NCBI GenBank assembly: GCA_963817895.1
Contig: CAWFQB010000004.1
Span: forward strand, 672,001-736,000
Origin: an uncultured Chthonomonadaceae bacterium
Lineage (GTDB): Bacteria; Armatimonadota; Chthonomonadetes; Chthonomonadales; Chthonomonadaceae
Length of the DNA stretch: 64,000 bases
Reading direction: 5' to 3'
The position numbers and the translations under genes are program-made. How positions within the stretch are numbered: the first letter of the stretch is position 1; every line of letters begins with the position of its first letter. Positions 53,131-61,907 of this stretch are shown in pieces. Under the pieces are notes generated by a model. That model did no database searches. It was not told the origin of the DNA and saw only the letters and a list, made by a program, of their open reading frames with translations.

Positions 53131-54675
53131 GTGACACGACGCGCGTCGAGCAGAGCCTTCAAGCTGAACACAACTCTTATGCCGGTGGAGGAACTCATGG
53201 ACGAGTTTGGTGATCTCAACTCCTGCGCGAAACGGCTGCGGTTTCCTGCCATGCTGGAAAACCGGTTTCTGAAGGATTACGACGACAACTCCGTCACGCT
53301 CTGCCGCACCGCCCTCGCCGCTTCCACCCTCATCTACATGCTTTTCGGCGTCCTTGACCCGTATGCCATCCCCTCCGCTCTCCACGACATCTGGTTTATC
53401 CGGTTCGGATTGGTCACGCCCCTCCTCCTTCTCCTCCTTGTCGTCAGTTTCTTCCCCCTCTTCCGTCGCTATATTCAGCCCCTCACCAGCCTGCAACTGA
53501 TACCCTCCGGTATCGGCCTCATTGCCATGACCGCCCGCTCGCGTCCCGGCGAACTCGGCTATGTCTGCTATCCCATCGGCCTCCTCCTCGTCTGCATGGT
53601 CGGCTACTGCTTTCTCCGGCTGCGCTTCGGCTATGCCTCCATTGCCAACCTGATCCTCGTCCTCCTCTATCTGTTCGTCGCCCTCGACGTTCAAAAAATT
53701 CTCACTCTTCCGCAGGGGCGGCCCATTTTTATCAACAACCTCTTCTTCATCCTTGCCGCCAACGTCATCGGATTGGCAACCTGTTACGCCCTCGAACTCT
53801 ACGCCCGTCGCGCCTTTGTCGCCAACTATCTTCTCGAACAGGAGCGCGTCGGCGAACAGCGCAAGCGCGAAAAGACCGAGGCCATGCTGCGAATTCTCGG
53901 TCAGGCTATCGGTGGCGTCGTTCACGATCTGGGCAACCCCTTAGCCACCATGCAAATGGGCGCGCAAACGATGGAAATGTTTCTGGATACGGGTGACGTG
54001 GACAAAGAAACGCTGAAGGAATTTACGGGAATCATCACGACGGGGGCCGAAATGCTCAACCACCTGCGCCTCTCCCTCATGGAACAAACCCGCGTTCTGG
54101 AAGGCAAACCTATTCCTGTTGACCTGAAATCCGTTTCCATTCGGCAACTCGTGGAAGCCGGAATCCACTATCAGAAACCCCGCTTCACGGAAGGCCGGAA
54201 AATCGTACAGAACGGCGACGATGTAGACATTCACGCCGATGAAATGAAACTCACCACCGTGTTCATGAATCTTATCGGCAACGCTCTGAAATACAGCGAC
54301 GGCGAAGTCCACATTGTCTGGCGGGTCGCCCACAACGTTCTGCTTGTCGCCATTGCCGACGAGGGCATGGCGGGGCAGGGCATTTCCCAATCACAGGCCG
54401 ACCAGTTATTTGTCGCCTTTGGCCGACTCGATAGCCATGCGCAGGTGGAAGGAACCGGACTCGGCCTCTTGTCCGCCCGCAAAATCGTCGAAGCGCACGG
54501 CGGCGAAGTGTTTATCGAAGGCCGCGCCGATGGAACGCGAACCTCCGCCCCCTTTGCCACCGCGCAGCAAGCCTATCCCTCTCTTCTCCAAGACAACCAT
54601 TGCACCGCCTTCATCGTCGTCTGCCCCCTTCCGCCACAGTCGAGCAGCGCGCCACCCACGAGCCTACCCCGATAG
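53131..54675 (+). CDS. membrane sensor histidine kinase with ~6-TM input domain
   Basis: Hydrophobic N-terminal half, VHDLGNPL, NLIGNALKY, DEG..G, EGTGLGL; start codon uncertain. Confidence 0.85.
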   Translation: MTRRASSRAFKLNTTLMPVEELMDEFGDLNSCAKRLRFPAMLENRFLKDYDDNSVTLCRTALAASTLIYMLFGVLDPYAIPSALHDIWFIRFGLVTPLLLLLLVVSFFPLFRRYIQPLTSLQLIPSGIGLIAMTARSRPGELGYVCYPIGLLLVCMVGYCFLRLRFGYASIANLILVLLYLFVALDVQKILTLPQGRPIFINNLFFILAANVIGLATCYALELYARRAFVANYLLEQERVGEQRKREKTEAMLRILGQAIGGVVHDLGNPLATMQMGAQTMEMFLDTGDVDKETLKEFTGIITTGAEMLNHLRLSLMEQTRVLEGKPIPVDLKSVSIRQLVEAGIHYQKPRFTEGRKIVQNGDDVDIHADEMKLTTVFMNLIGNALKYSDGEVHIVWRVAHNVLLVAIADEGMAGQGISQSQADQLFVAFGRLDSHAQVEGTGLGLLSARKIVEAHGGEVFIEGRADGTRTSAPFATAQQAYPSLLQDNHCTAFIVVCPLPPQSSSAPPTSLPR

Positions 54676-54709
54676 GTTCCCCTTATTGCAATTTTGGGAG
54701 AAGGGGTCA

Positions 54710-54891
54710 GTACTCCGTCAATTAGAAGAGTAGGGTATGTTGTAGGGGTTCTGCTTGCTGAACCCTCCTAAAGCGCGGGCTGAACCCTCCTCAAACAGAG
54801 CGCAACCGTGTACAAGGCATGGCGCAGCAAGCCGCCCTTTTGGGCGCAGCAAGCAGCGCCCTTACCTGATTGTTCACCCTTGATGGAGTAC
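54710..54891. repeat. GTAG-REP doublet enclosed by GTACTCCGTCAA/TTGATGGAGTAC ends
   Basis: Same REP pair as 18814, 30291 and 41802. Confidence 0.85.
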
Positions 54892-54970
54892 CAGGGGTTG
54901 AGGGCCGTTTTGAATAGAAACTGGCAAGTGATGAAGGGAATTGCAGTTGGTTTGGAGGTTGGATAAGGAC

Positions 54971-55564
54971 ATGCCTGCTGAAAGAGAAATACGCGCGGAT
55001 TACAACGCGACTTCTATTGTGGTCTATCAGGCGTACTCGCCCGCCATTGCCGCGCCTGCCCTCGCCGCGCAACGGTTTGTGCCGCCGTTCTCATTTGGGC
55101 GCATGACGTGGATCAAGCCCTCGTTCCTCTGGCTCATGGAGCGCAGTCACTGGGCGCAAAAGACGGGACAGGAGCAAATTCTGGCCGCGCAGATCACGCG
55201 CGCCGGATGGGAGGAAGCCCTGTCGCTTGGCGTTCTTACTGCCGCCGAAACTGGCGTCTACCCAACCTACGCGCTCTGGCAGGAGCAGTTTGCCCATGCG
55301 CAGGCGCATATTCAATGGGACCCGGAACGTTCGCTGCGAGGCGGCAGTTTGCCTTACGGCAGTATTCAAGTTGGATTGAGCCGCCACATCATTCGCCGCT
55401 ATGTGGAAGAGTGGACGGTTTCGATTGAGGATTACACGCCCCGCGTAAAGAAGATCGCCACGCTGCTGCGAACCGGCAAAGAAGCGCAGGCGCGGGCATA
55501 CCTGCCATCCGAGCGCGTATACCCTTTGTCGGCAGAATTAAAGCGCAAAATCGGGGCGAGTTGA
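54971..55564 (+). CDS. DUF4291 family protein
   Basis: [40 protein letters not shown]. Confidence 0.9.
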   Translation: MPAEREIRADYNATSIVVYQAYSPAIAAPALAAQRFVPPFSFGRMTWIKPSFLWLMERSHWAQKTGQEQILAAQITRAGWEEALSLGVLTAAETGVYPTYALWQEQFAHAQAHIQWDPERSLRGGSLPYGSIQVGLSRHIIRRYVEEWTVSIEDYTPRVKKIATLLRTGKEAQARAYLPSERVYPLSAELKRKIGAS

Positions 55565-55570
55565 ACCCTG

Positions 55571-56029
55571 TTACAACCCGGCGGCCCGCACAAGCTGCTC
55601 ATCCTGTTTGTCCTGTCTCTCCGCGACGGCGCGTACCAAAACGGATTTTTGCGCCTGTATCGGTTCGGAAGAGGGCCGCACAAGACGTTCGGGAGCGGGC
55701 AGGTAACTCGCGGTACATAGCATCAGGGGAACCCCGGTTTCTATGGCGCGAGAGCGGGTCAGACACCATCGGGCAGTCACGGAACAAAGATAAATTAGCA
55801 CCGGGAAGAACAGCAGCAGCCATACCCATTCCGTGGCGACAAGCGCCCGCAGAAGAGGGAGGGGCGCGAAACGCAACACGCCGCAGGCAAAACAAAGCAC
55901 AATGCCCACCCCTGCATAGGCCGCCAGAGTAAAGAACAATCCCTCAACCCACCAGAAAGCGCGACGCGCCTGCGCGCGCAAATACGCTCCCTTGCTTACA
56001 ACCCGCTTACCCAACGTGTTCGATTCCAT
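55571..56029 (-). CDS. hypothetical two-TM membrane protein
   Basis: GGAGG RBS; two hydrophobic helices; repeated LVR(P/A) motifs at the C-terminus. Confidence 0.65.
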   Translation of the reverse strand: MESNTLGKRVVSKGAYLRAQARRAFWWVEGLFFTLAAYAGVGIVLCFACGVLRFAPLPLLRALVATEWVWLLLFFPVLIYLCSVTARWCLTRSRAIETGVPLMLCTASYLPAPERLVRPSSEPIQAQKSVLVRAVAERQDKQDEQLVRAAGL

Positions 56030-56156
56030 TGCCGCGCCTCCTGATTCATTCTACGCTTTGCCCTCTTATATTTTACGCCTGATGTCAACTATAGATTCAG
56101 ACACCAATCGCGAAAATCCTGCCGCAAGCGTCAAAACCTTTCCTGCAAGGCGTTGT

Positions 56157-57281
56157 TCAGGGCGCAATATCCAGAGTTCGCAGGTACTCGCGGTCGAAGG
56201 CGGCAGAGATGCTTTCGCGGGGCGAGTAGGGGCCGGGCGTGTAGGCGCGCGAGGCTACCCCGGACTGGCTCAATTCGCAAATATGCCAGTCCTCCCGGTT
56301 CGTCCTGTCCCAGAAATCCACGCCATCATCGGGGTTGAAGCCGGGCTGCCTTGCGGCGTCCGGGTGGAACAGCCATTCACATTCGATGCGCGTCCGGTCG
56401 GGCGATTCGGGCCAGAGCGTGTGAACCATCACGTAATCGGGATGCAGACTGAGCAGCATGTTGGGATAAATCGAATAGTAGTAGACGCGATGCTGTTCTG
56501 CCCCGCGCAGGTCGCCAACCGGCAGAGCGCAGGCGTTGCCGCTCAAGGTCAGGCTGCCATAGTCCGGCTTGACCTCCATATAGCCGCCCAAAAACGCGCC
56601 TGTTACCAGATCATTCGCGCCGCTGTCGGCGGGAGAGAGTTTTACCAGCGTGGGATGCACGGGGGAACAGTGGAAGCACTCCGAATAGTTTTCAAACATC
56701 AGCTTCCAGTTGGCGCGAACATCGTAGTCTATGCGCCGCGTCCTCCGCAACGTCGGCAGATTATACGCGCTGAATTTACCCATGAGCGGCGTATGGGTAG
56801 TTTCAAACGGTTCCGGGTGTTCGGCAAGCGAAAGGAAAATAAACCCTTCCCACAGCGCGACGGACACAGGATGCAGCGGATAATCGGCAGTCGAAAAACC
56901 TTCCCGTTCGTCCATCGAAGGCGCGGCAAGCAGGCGACCGTCAAGCCCAAACGTCCACGCATGGTACGGGCAGCGAATGGCGTTCTTGAAGTGTCCCGCG
57001 TCGGCCTCGCACAAGCGCGTACCCCGATGCCGACACAGGTTATGAAACGCGCGAATGATGCCGTCGCGTCCCCGCGTGATGATAACGCTTTCCGTCCCGA
57101 TTGCCCGAACGAAGTAGTCGCCCGCCTGCAGTATTCGCTCTTCGCGTCCCGCGCATATCCATTGCCGGTAAAAGATGCGCTCCCGCTCCGTATGAAATAT
57201 TTCGGGTGAGGTATAAAAACGCCCCGGCAGCGTCATTGCGTCCCCCGCGCCCACCTCCGCCGCCTTCAAAAACTGCGCCAT
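56157..57281 (-). CDS. Rieske non-heme iron oxygenase alpha subunit (GbcA/choline monooxygenase-like)
   Basis: CRHRG..CPYHAW Rieske site; NWKL..ENYSECFHCSPVH and EDW iron ligands. Confidence 0.92.
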   Translation of the reverse strand: MAQFLKAAEVGAGDAMTLPGRFYTSPEIFHTERERIFYRQWICAGREERILQAGDYFVRAIGTESVIITRGRDGIIRAFHNLCRHRGTRLCEADAGHFKNAIRCPYHAWTFGLDGRLLAAPSMDEREGFSTADYPLHPVSVALWEGFIFLSLAEHPEPFETTHTPLMGKFSAYNLPTLRRTRRIDYDVRANWKLMFENYSECFHCSPVHPTLVKLSPADSGANDLVTGAFLGGYMEVKPDYGSLTLSGNACALPVGDLRGAEQHRVYYYSIYPNMLLSLHPDYVMVHTLWPESPDRTRIECEWLFHPDAARQPGFNPDDGVDFWDRTNREDWHICELSQSGVASRAYTPGPYSPRESISAAFDREYLRTLDIAP

Positions 57282-57346
57282 GTCGTCTCCTCGTTACCAA
57301 CCAAACGATGTCTGTTCTACCTTGACGGTGTACTGGAGGCGAATGG

Positions 57347-57829
57347 CTAATGCGTCCGTTGTTTGCGTGTGAGCCGATAGGTTCCCGCCGCGCGGACATT
57401 CACGCCGAATTCAGGATTGCTGCCGCTTTCCGTCAGCGCGACGGCATGACGCGCGAATTTCATTGTCAGGCGATAGTTTTCGTTCCTGTAAACCGCAATG
57501 TGATTGCGCAGCGCGAGGGTTGCCTCAAATTCGCCATTGTGCGGCAAATCCGACAGCGCAGGCCACCATAAGGCCGTCAGATGAACATGAATCTTGCTTC
57601 TGTTAATCTGCTTTACATCCATAGTCGCGCTCTGATGTTCGTTGTTATTGCGCTTGACTCGCGTGTAGGTTCCGGTCAAGCGCGACGATTTCAGCGCGTA
57701 GGTCGCAGGAGGCGCCTGTCCATGACGCGCTTTGCTCTGCCCGAAACCGGGCGCAGCAAGCAGGCAAACTCCTGCCGGTATTATAGCGCGCGCCAAAAAC
57801 ATCTGCCATATGAACTTCTGCATCTGCAT
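57347..57829 (-). CDS. secreted hypothetical protein
   Basis: Signal-peptide-like N-terminus, basic beta-rich domain. Confidence 0.6.
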   Translation of the reverse strand: MQMQKFIWQMFLARAIIPAGVCLLAAPGFGQSKARHGQAPPATYALKSSRLTGTYTRVKRNNNEHQSATMDVKQINRSKIHVHLTALWWPALSDLPHNGEFEATLALRNHIAVYRNENYRLTMKFARHAVALTESGSNPEFGVNVRAAGTYRLTRKQRTH

Positions 57830-57998
57830 CGAAACCTCTTTAATCTTGTTCGTTGCTACTGTCATCGTAAAAGCATATTTTGAAAAGCAGGAGAAAGCAA
57901 TTCAGACAAAGAATACTTGCTTGTCCTCTTTCGCGCAACGCGCTGTAGCAAAATGCGCGGCTCATGCTTGCATGAGTTTTCTACCAGAAAGGTGTTCT

Positions 57999-58853
57999 AT
58001 GAAGCACACTCGCAGAGGTTTTACGCTGATTGAATTGCTCGTGGTGATCGCCATTATCGCGATCCTTGCCGCCATTCTGTTCCCGGTCTTCGCGCAGGCG
58101 CGGGAGCGAGCGCGCGCCATCTCCTGCGTGTCCAACATGAAGCAGATCGGGCTGGCGCTTATCATGTACACGCAGGATAATGACGAAACGTATCCCGCCG
58201 CGCAGATACTCACCGCGCCTATCAATGGCGAACCCGTCGGCGGGTTTAACAGCAGCACGCGCTGGCGCACTCCCATTGATACGCAGTTGCAGCCGTACAT
58301 CAAAAACGACGGCGTGTGGGCGTGTCCCTCCGACTCCGGTCCTATTCTGAAGGTGGATACCTCCTTCTTCCACGACGGCAAGTATGACCCGGCTCTGGGC
58401 GGCAAGCTGACCCGGCGCACCTATGCCTACTGCAATACCATCAATACGGCGCAGGTAGGCGCTATTGACCCCAACACCGGCCTTTCCGACCGCAACAGCG
58501 CGACGGGCTACGCGATGGCTTCCGTAGATGCGTCTTCGGATACCGTCGCCTACGTGGAACCGCCGACGGACACAACCGGCGATGTCTCGTGGGAGTTGGG
58601 CGCGTACAATGGCGGCTATTTCACGGGCTGCGATACGTGGAAACTTCCGGGCCGCAAGCCGGGAACCGATACGGTTCCGGGATGCAGCGGAAACTATTCC
58701 CCTGTCAATTACCACCCGTACAAAGGCCATTTCGACAAAGGCAACTACATCTTCGCGGATGGACATGTCAAGTCGCTAAGTTGGAGTCAGGTACGCAACA
58801 ACGACTTTTACCTGTTCAAACGCGCCAAGCCGACCCAAACCTTCTCGCCGTAG
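57999..58853 (+). CDS. prepilin-type N-terminal cleavage/methylation protein (DUF1559, H-X9-DG)
   Basis: [56 protein letters not shown]. Confidence 0.93.
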   Translation: MKHTRRGFTLIELLVVIAIIAILAAILFPVFAQARERARAISCVSNMKQIGLALIMYTQDNDETYPAAQILTAPINGEPVGGFNSSTRWRTPIDTQLQPYIKNDGVWACPSDSGPILKVDTSFFHDGKYDPALGGKLTRRTYAYCNTINTAQVGAIDPNTGLSDRNSATGYAMASVDASSDTVAYVEPPTDTTGDVSWELGAYNGGYFTGCDTWKLPGRKPGTDTVPGCSGNYSPVNYHPYKGHFDKGNYIFADGHVKSLSWSQVRNNDFYLFKRAKPTQTFSP

Positions 58854-58860
58854 TCGCGTC

Positions 58861-58964
58861 TTTGTCTTGAACCATGATTTATGTGATTACAGGATACCCA
58901 TGATGAACGCGCCTCTTAATCATGAATATCATCTAAATCATGTAAAATCATGGTTCAAGACAAA
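58861..58964. repeat. AATCATG-unit inverted repeat overlapping the lipid kinase stop
   Basis: Perfect 20-bp IR TTTGTCTTGAACCATGATTT / AAATCATGGTTCAAGACAAA with inner ATCAT tandems. Confidence 0.85.
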
Positions 58965-59899
58965 AACGAGGCAGGCATCAATACCTTCAAAGCGCGTGGT
59001 AAGAGTGTGAACGTAACCGGCGTGGTTCCCAATACTTCGCCGTCAATCAGCAGGGGCAGGGGAGGGTCGCTTTCAATGTGAATGGTTCGGGCGCGCAGCA
59101 TGGTTACTTTGGGATGCGTGATGTGCGTTCCCTTGAAGACGCGGGGAAAGGCTCGGACGAATTCCACTCTTCCGGCCTCGGCAAGCAGGCAAATGTCGAA
59201 CAGGCCGTCATCAATACGGGCATCCGGGGCGACTCTCATGCCGCCGCCATACGAAGTGGCGTTAGCGACGGAACACATCAGAGCGCGAACCTGCCGCGTT
59301 TCGCCATCCAGCGTCAGCGTCAGGTTAGAGGGTTTTAGATGCAACAGGGAATGGGCAATGGCGGCAAGGTACGCGCTCGTGCCGTGTAAAAGGCGAAATC
59401 CGCGATTCACGCGCTCGGCAACAATGGCGTCAAAGCCGCATCCGGCGATATTGATGAACCATCTTCCCTGCGCCTGACCGACATCTACGAAATGCGGATT
59501 GCCGTTAAACAGCGTGTCTGCCGCCAGCTTCAGATCGGTGCCAAGCCCGATGCAGCGCGCGAAATCGTTGCCTGTACCCATCGGCAGTAGCCCAAGCGTT
59601 ACATTCCGCCTGCCCCTCTCCGCTTCCATCAGACCGTTGACGACCTCATTCAATGTGCCGTCGCCGCCCGCCGCCACAACAATCTCCGCGCCATCCTCAA
59701 CCGCCCGCCGCGCCAACGTGCCGCCGTGTCCCTTCGCCTGCGTTTCCACAATGTTCCATCGAGATGAAGGTGAGGCGGCAGCCGTGAGCAGACGTTCCAG
59801 TTCTGCTCGGTTCTGTCCGCCCATACCCCTACCGGATGTAGGATTAAGTATGATTGTAACTTGCGGCATCGGCGCTGTCTCACTCGCTTCTGACCTCAT
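58955..59899 (-). CDS. diacylglycerol/lipid kinase (YegS/DagK family)
   Basis: NPTSG, GGDGTLNEVVNG, PMGTGNDFA, GFDA, YGGG, IDGE. Confidence 0.93.
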   Translation of the reverse strand: MRSEASETAPMPQVTIILNPTSGRGMGGQNRAELERLLTAAASPSSRWNIVETQAKGHGGTLARRAVEDGAEIVVAAGGDGTLNEVVNGLMEAERGRRNVTLGLLPMGTGNDFARCIGLGTDLKLAADTLFNGNPHFVDVGQAQGRWFINIAGCGFDAIVAERVNRGFRLLHGTSAYLAAIAHSLLHLKPSNLTLTLDGETRQVRALMCSVANATSYGGGMRVAPDARIDDGLFDICLLAEAGRVEFVRAFPRVFKGTHITHPKVTMLRARTIHIESDPPLPLLIDGEVLGTTPVTFTLLPRALKVLMPASFLS

Positions 59900-59914
59900 A
59901 ACCGAGTAACCGCG

Positions 59915-60355
59915 TCACCAGATAATGGGAACCACAGCCGCCGATTGAATAGCATGATCGCTTGTCAGGAGAGGCAAACCAAGCGCGAGAGCCGTCGCCG
60001 TCACAAGGCGATCAGGCATATCAGGCACTCCGTTACGAGGTACGGCTGAAACCTGTAGAAGAACCTGCTTATCCAGAGGAGATAGCGCGTAACTGCCATT
60101 GCGCGTAGCAATCAGCGCCAGTGTTCGTTGCAGCAACGTGGCATCAATGCGTCCCCGCTCAGAGAGGTAGATTAGCTCGACGAGGCAAATGATAGGAATG
60201 TAGATGCGAAGCAATCCCTGATCGGCCTGCGTGAAGCATTGGCTGGCAGCAGGCGTCAAGCGTGGAGAACCCGTCAGATACCAGATGAGGGCATTCGTGT
60301 CCGTTAGGGCATCAGAAGCAACGGGCGGATTTGCATTCAGAACCGCATCGCTCAT
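59915..60355 (-). CDS. PIN domain (VapC-like) toxin
   Basis: DTNALIWY, LVEL, DMPDRLVTATA, LLTSD. Confidence 0.85.
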   Translation of the reverse strand: MSDAVLNANPPVASDALTDTNALIWYLTGSPRLTPAASQCFTQADQGLLRIYIPIICLVELIYLSERGRIDATLLQRTLALIATRNGSYALSPLDKQVLLQVSAVPRNGVPDMPDRLVTATALALGLPLLTSDHAIQSAAVVPIIW

Positions 60356-60573
60356 GCGCTTTCTCCAAAGTTGTTCCACATCTCTGCGCGCATGTCCTTA
60401 ATATCCTCATCGATAATGGAAACGCCCTGCCATAACCCCCCCAATTTCACAGCAACGTATGGAGTGGCATTGGCAGATTCTCTTGACCAAGATTGCGCCT
60501 GTTTCAGCAAATCATCAATAGCTTCTTGCGGCAATGCCTGTACAATCGAAATCAGTTCTTCTACTTTTGTCAG
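60352..60573 (-). CDS. putative antitoxin
   Basis: Small ORF overlapping the PIN start by 4 nt, KLGGLWQG..EDIKDMRAEMW; start uncertain (CTG at 60573 after GGAGG). Confidence 0.65.
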   Translation of the reverse strand: MTKVEELISIVQALPQEAIDDLLKQAQSWSRESANATPYVAVKLGGLWQGVSIIDEDIKDMRAEMWNNFGESA

Positions 60574-60709
60574 AGCGCACCTCCAGTCTCATCAGGTAAT
60601 AACCCTCAGAATACGAGGTAATCGGCACAAGGTTTCATTGTTTGCGCTGCATCTTGCGCATTTTCAGGCTATACTCTCCTATCACTCTCATACTGCAAGG
60701 ATTCACGCG

Positions 60710-61501
60710 ATGATTATTAAATCCGATGAAGTTGTTACTGTGGACACGCCTACCGGCCCGATGCAAACTTATGTTTTGCGTCCTGTCGCGCCCGGTTGCT
60801 ATCCGGGGATTTTGCTGTACTCCGAGATTTTTCAGGTGACAGGGCCGATACGCCGAACGGCTGCGATGCTGGCGAGTCACGGGTTTGTCGTGGCCGTGCC
60901 GGAAATCTACCACGAACTGGAACCGGCGGGAACCGTGCTGGCGTATGATGAGGCGGGCGCGGACACGGGCAACCACCATAAAACCGCCAAAGAACTCGCC
61001 GGTTATGACAGCGACGCCCGCGCCGGTCTGGATTGCCTCAAGTCGCATCCGGCCTGCACGGGCAAGTTGGGCGTGATGGGTATCTGTATCGGCGGGCATC
61101 TCGCGTTTCGCGCCGCCATGAACCCGGACGTGATGGCCGCCGCCTGCTTTTACGCGACCGACATTCACAAGCGCAGTCTTGGCAAGGGCATGAACGACAA
61201 TTCTCTGGATCGCATCGGGGAGATTGCGGGGGAACTGCTGATGATCTGGGGGCGGCAGGACCCGCACGTTCCCCGCGAAGGCCGCCAGTTAATTTACAAC
61301 GCCCTGAGCGACGCGAACGCATGTTTCCAATGGCACGAGTTCAACGCAGCCCACGCTTTTATGCGCGATGAAGGCCCGCGCTACGATCCGTCCACCGCAC
61401 GTATCTGCTACGACATGGCGCTGGAACTGTTCAAGCGGCGATTGGGCGAGGGCGATCAAAGCGCTTCCACGAGCGAAGGCGCTACGCAGACGAAACATTA
61501 A
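60710..61501 (+). CDS. dienelactone hydrolase family protein
   Basis: YSEIFQV, GICIGG (Cys nucleophile), QDPHVP, HAFMRDEG. Confidence 0.92.
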   Translation: MIIKSDEVVTVDTPTGPMQTYVLRPVAPGCYPGILLYSEIFQVTGPIRRTAAMLASHGFVVAVPEIYHELEPAGTVLAYDEAGADTGNHHKTAKELAGYDSDARAGLDCLKSHPACTGKLGVMGICIGGHLAFRAAMNPDVMAAACFYATDIHKRSLGKGMNDNSLDRIGEIAGELLMIWGRQDPHVPREGRQLIYNALSDANACFQWHEFNAAHAFMRDEGPRYDPSTARICYDMALELFKRRLGEGDQSASTSEGATQTKH

Positions 61502-61511
61502 AACACATAAT

Positions 61512-61907
61512 ATGCCAAATCATGAACCGGAACCTTTGCCTTCGCGCCGCCTGCGCATTTCTCGCGGACTGTTGGCCGCGCTGTTTATGTTCGCGGGCAT
61601 TATGCACTTTGTTTTTCCGGCCCGGTTTGCCAGCGTAATTCCGCCATTTTTTCCGGCGCATCTTGCGCTTGTGTATATCAGCGGCGTGTGCGAGTTTATG
61701 GGCGGGCTTGGCGTTGTGGTTCCCCCGGTTCGCAGACAGGCCGGTTACGGCCTGATTGCTCTCCTGCTTGCCGTGTATCCCGCCAACTTTTATATGCTGT
61801 ACCAACAATGGCAGGAACACGGCTGGACAGCCTTTACGTGGCTGCTCGTCGCGCGCCTGCCATTACAGTTCCCGATGATCTACTGGGTGAAGCGGGCTAC
61901 TCTATAG
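61512..61907 (+). CDS. DoxX-like membrane protein
   Basis: FAGIMHF, ISGVCE..GG, AVYPAN, RLPLQ. Confidence 0.85.
   Translation: MPNHEPEPLPSRRLRISRGLLAALFMFAGIMHFVFPARFASVIPPFFPAHLALVYISGVCEFMGGLGVVVPPVRRQAGYGLIALLLAVYPANFYMLYQQWQEHGWTAFTWLLVARLPLQFPMIYWVKRATL

Noticed and set aside
59915..60573. Toxin-antitoxin pair as a marker of a prophage or integron
   Set aside because: No integrase, phage genes or attC-like sites nearby; it appears to be a solitary chromosomal pair.
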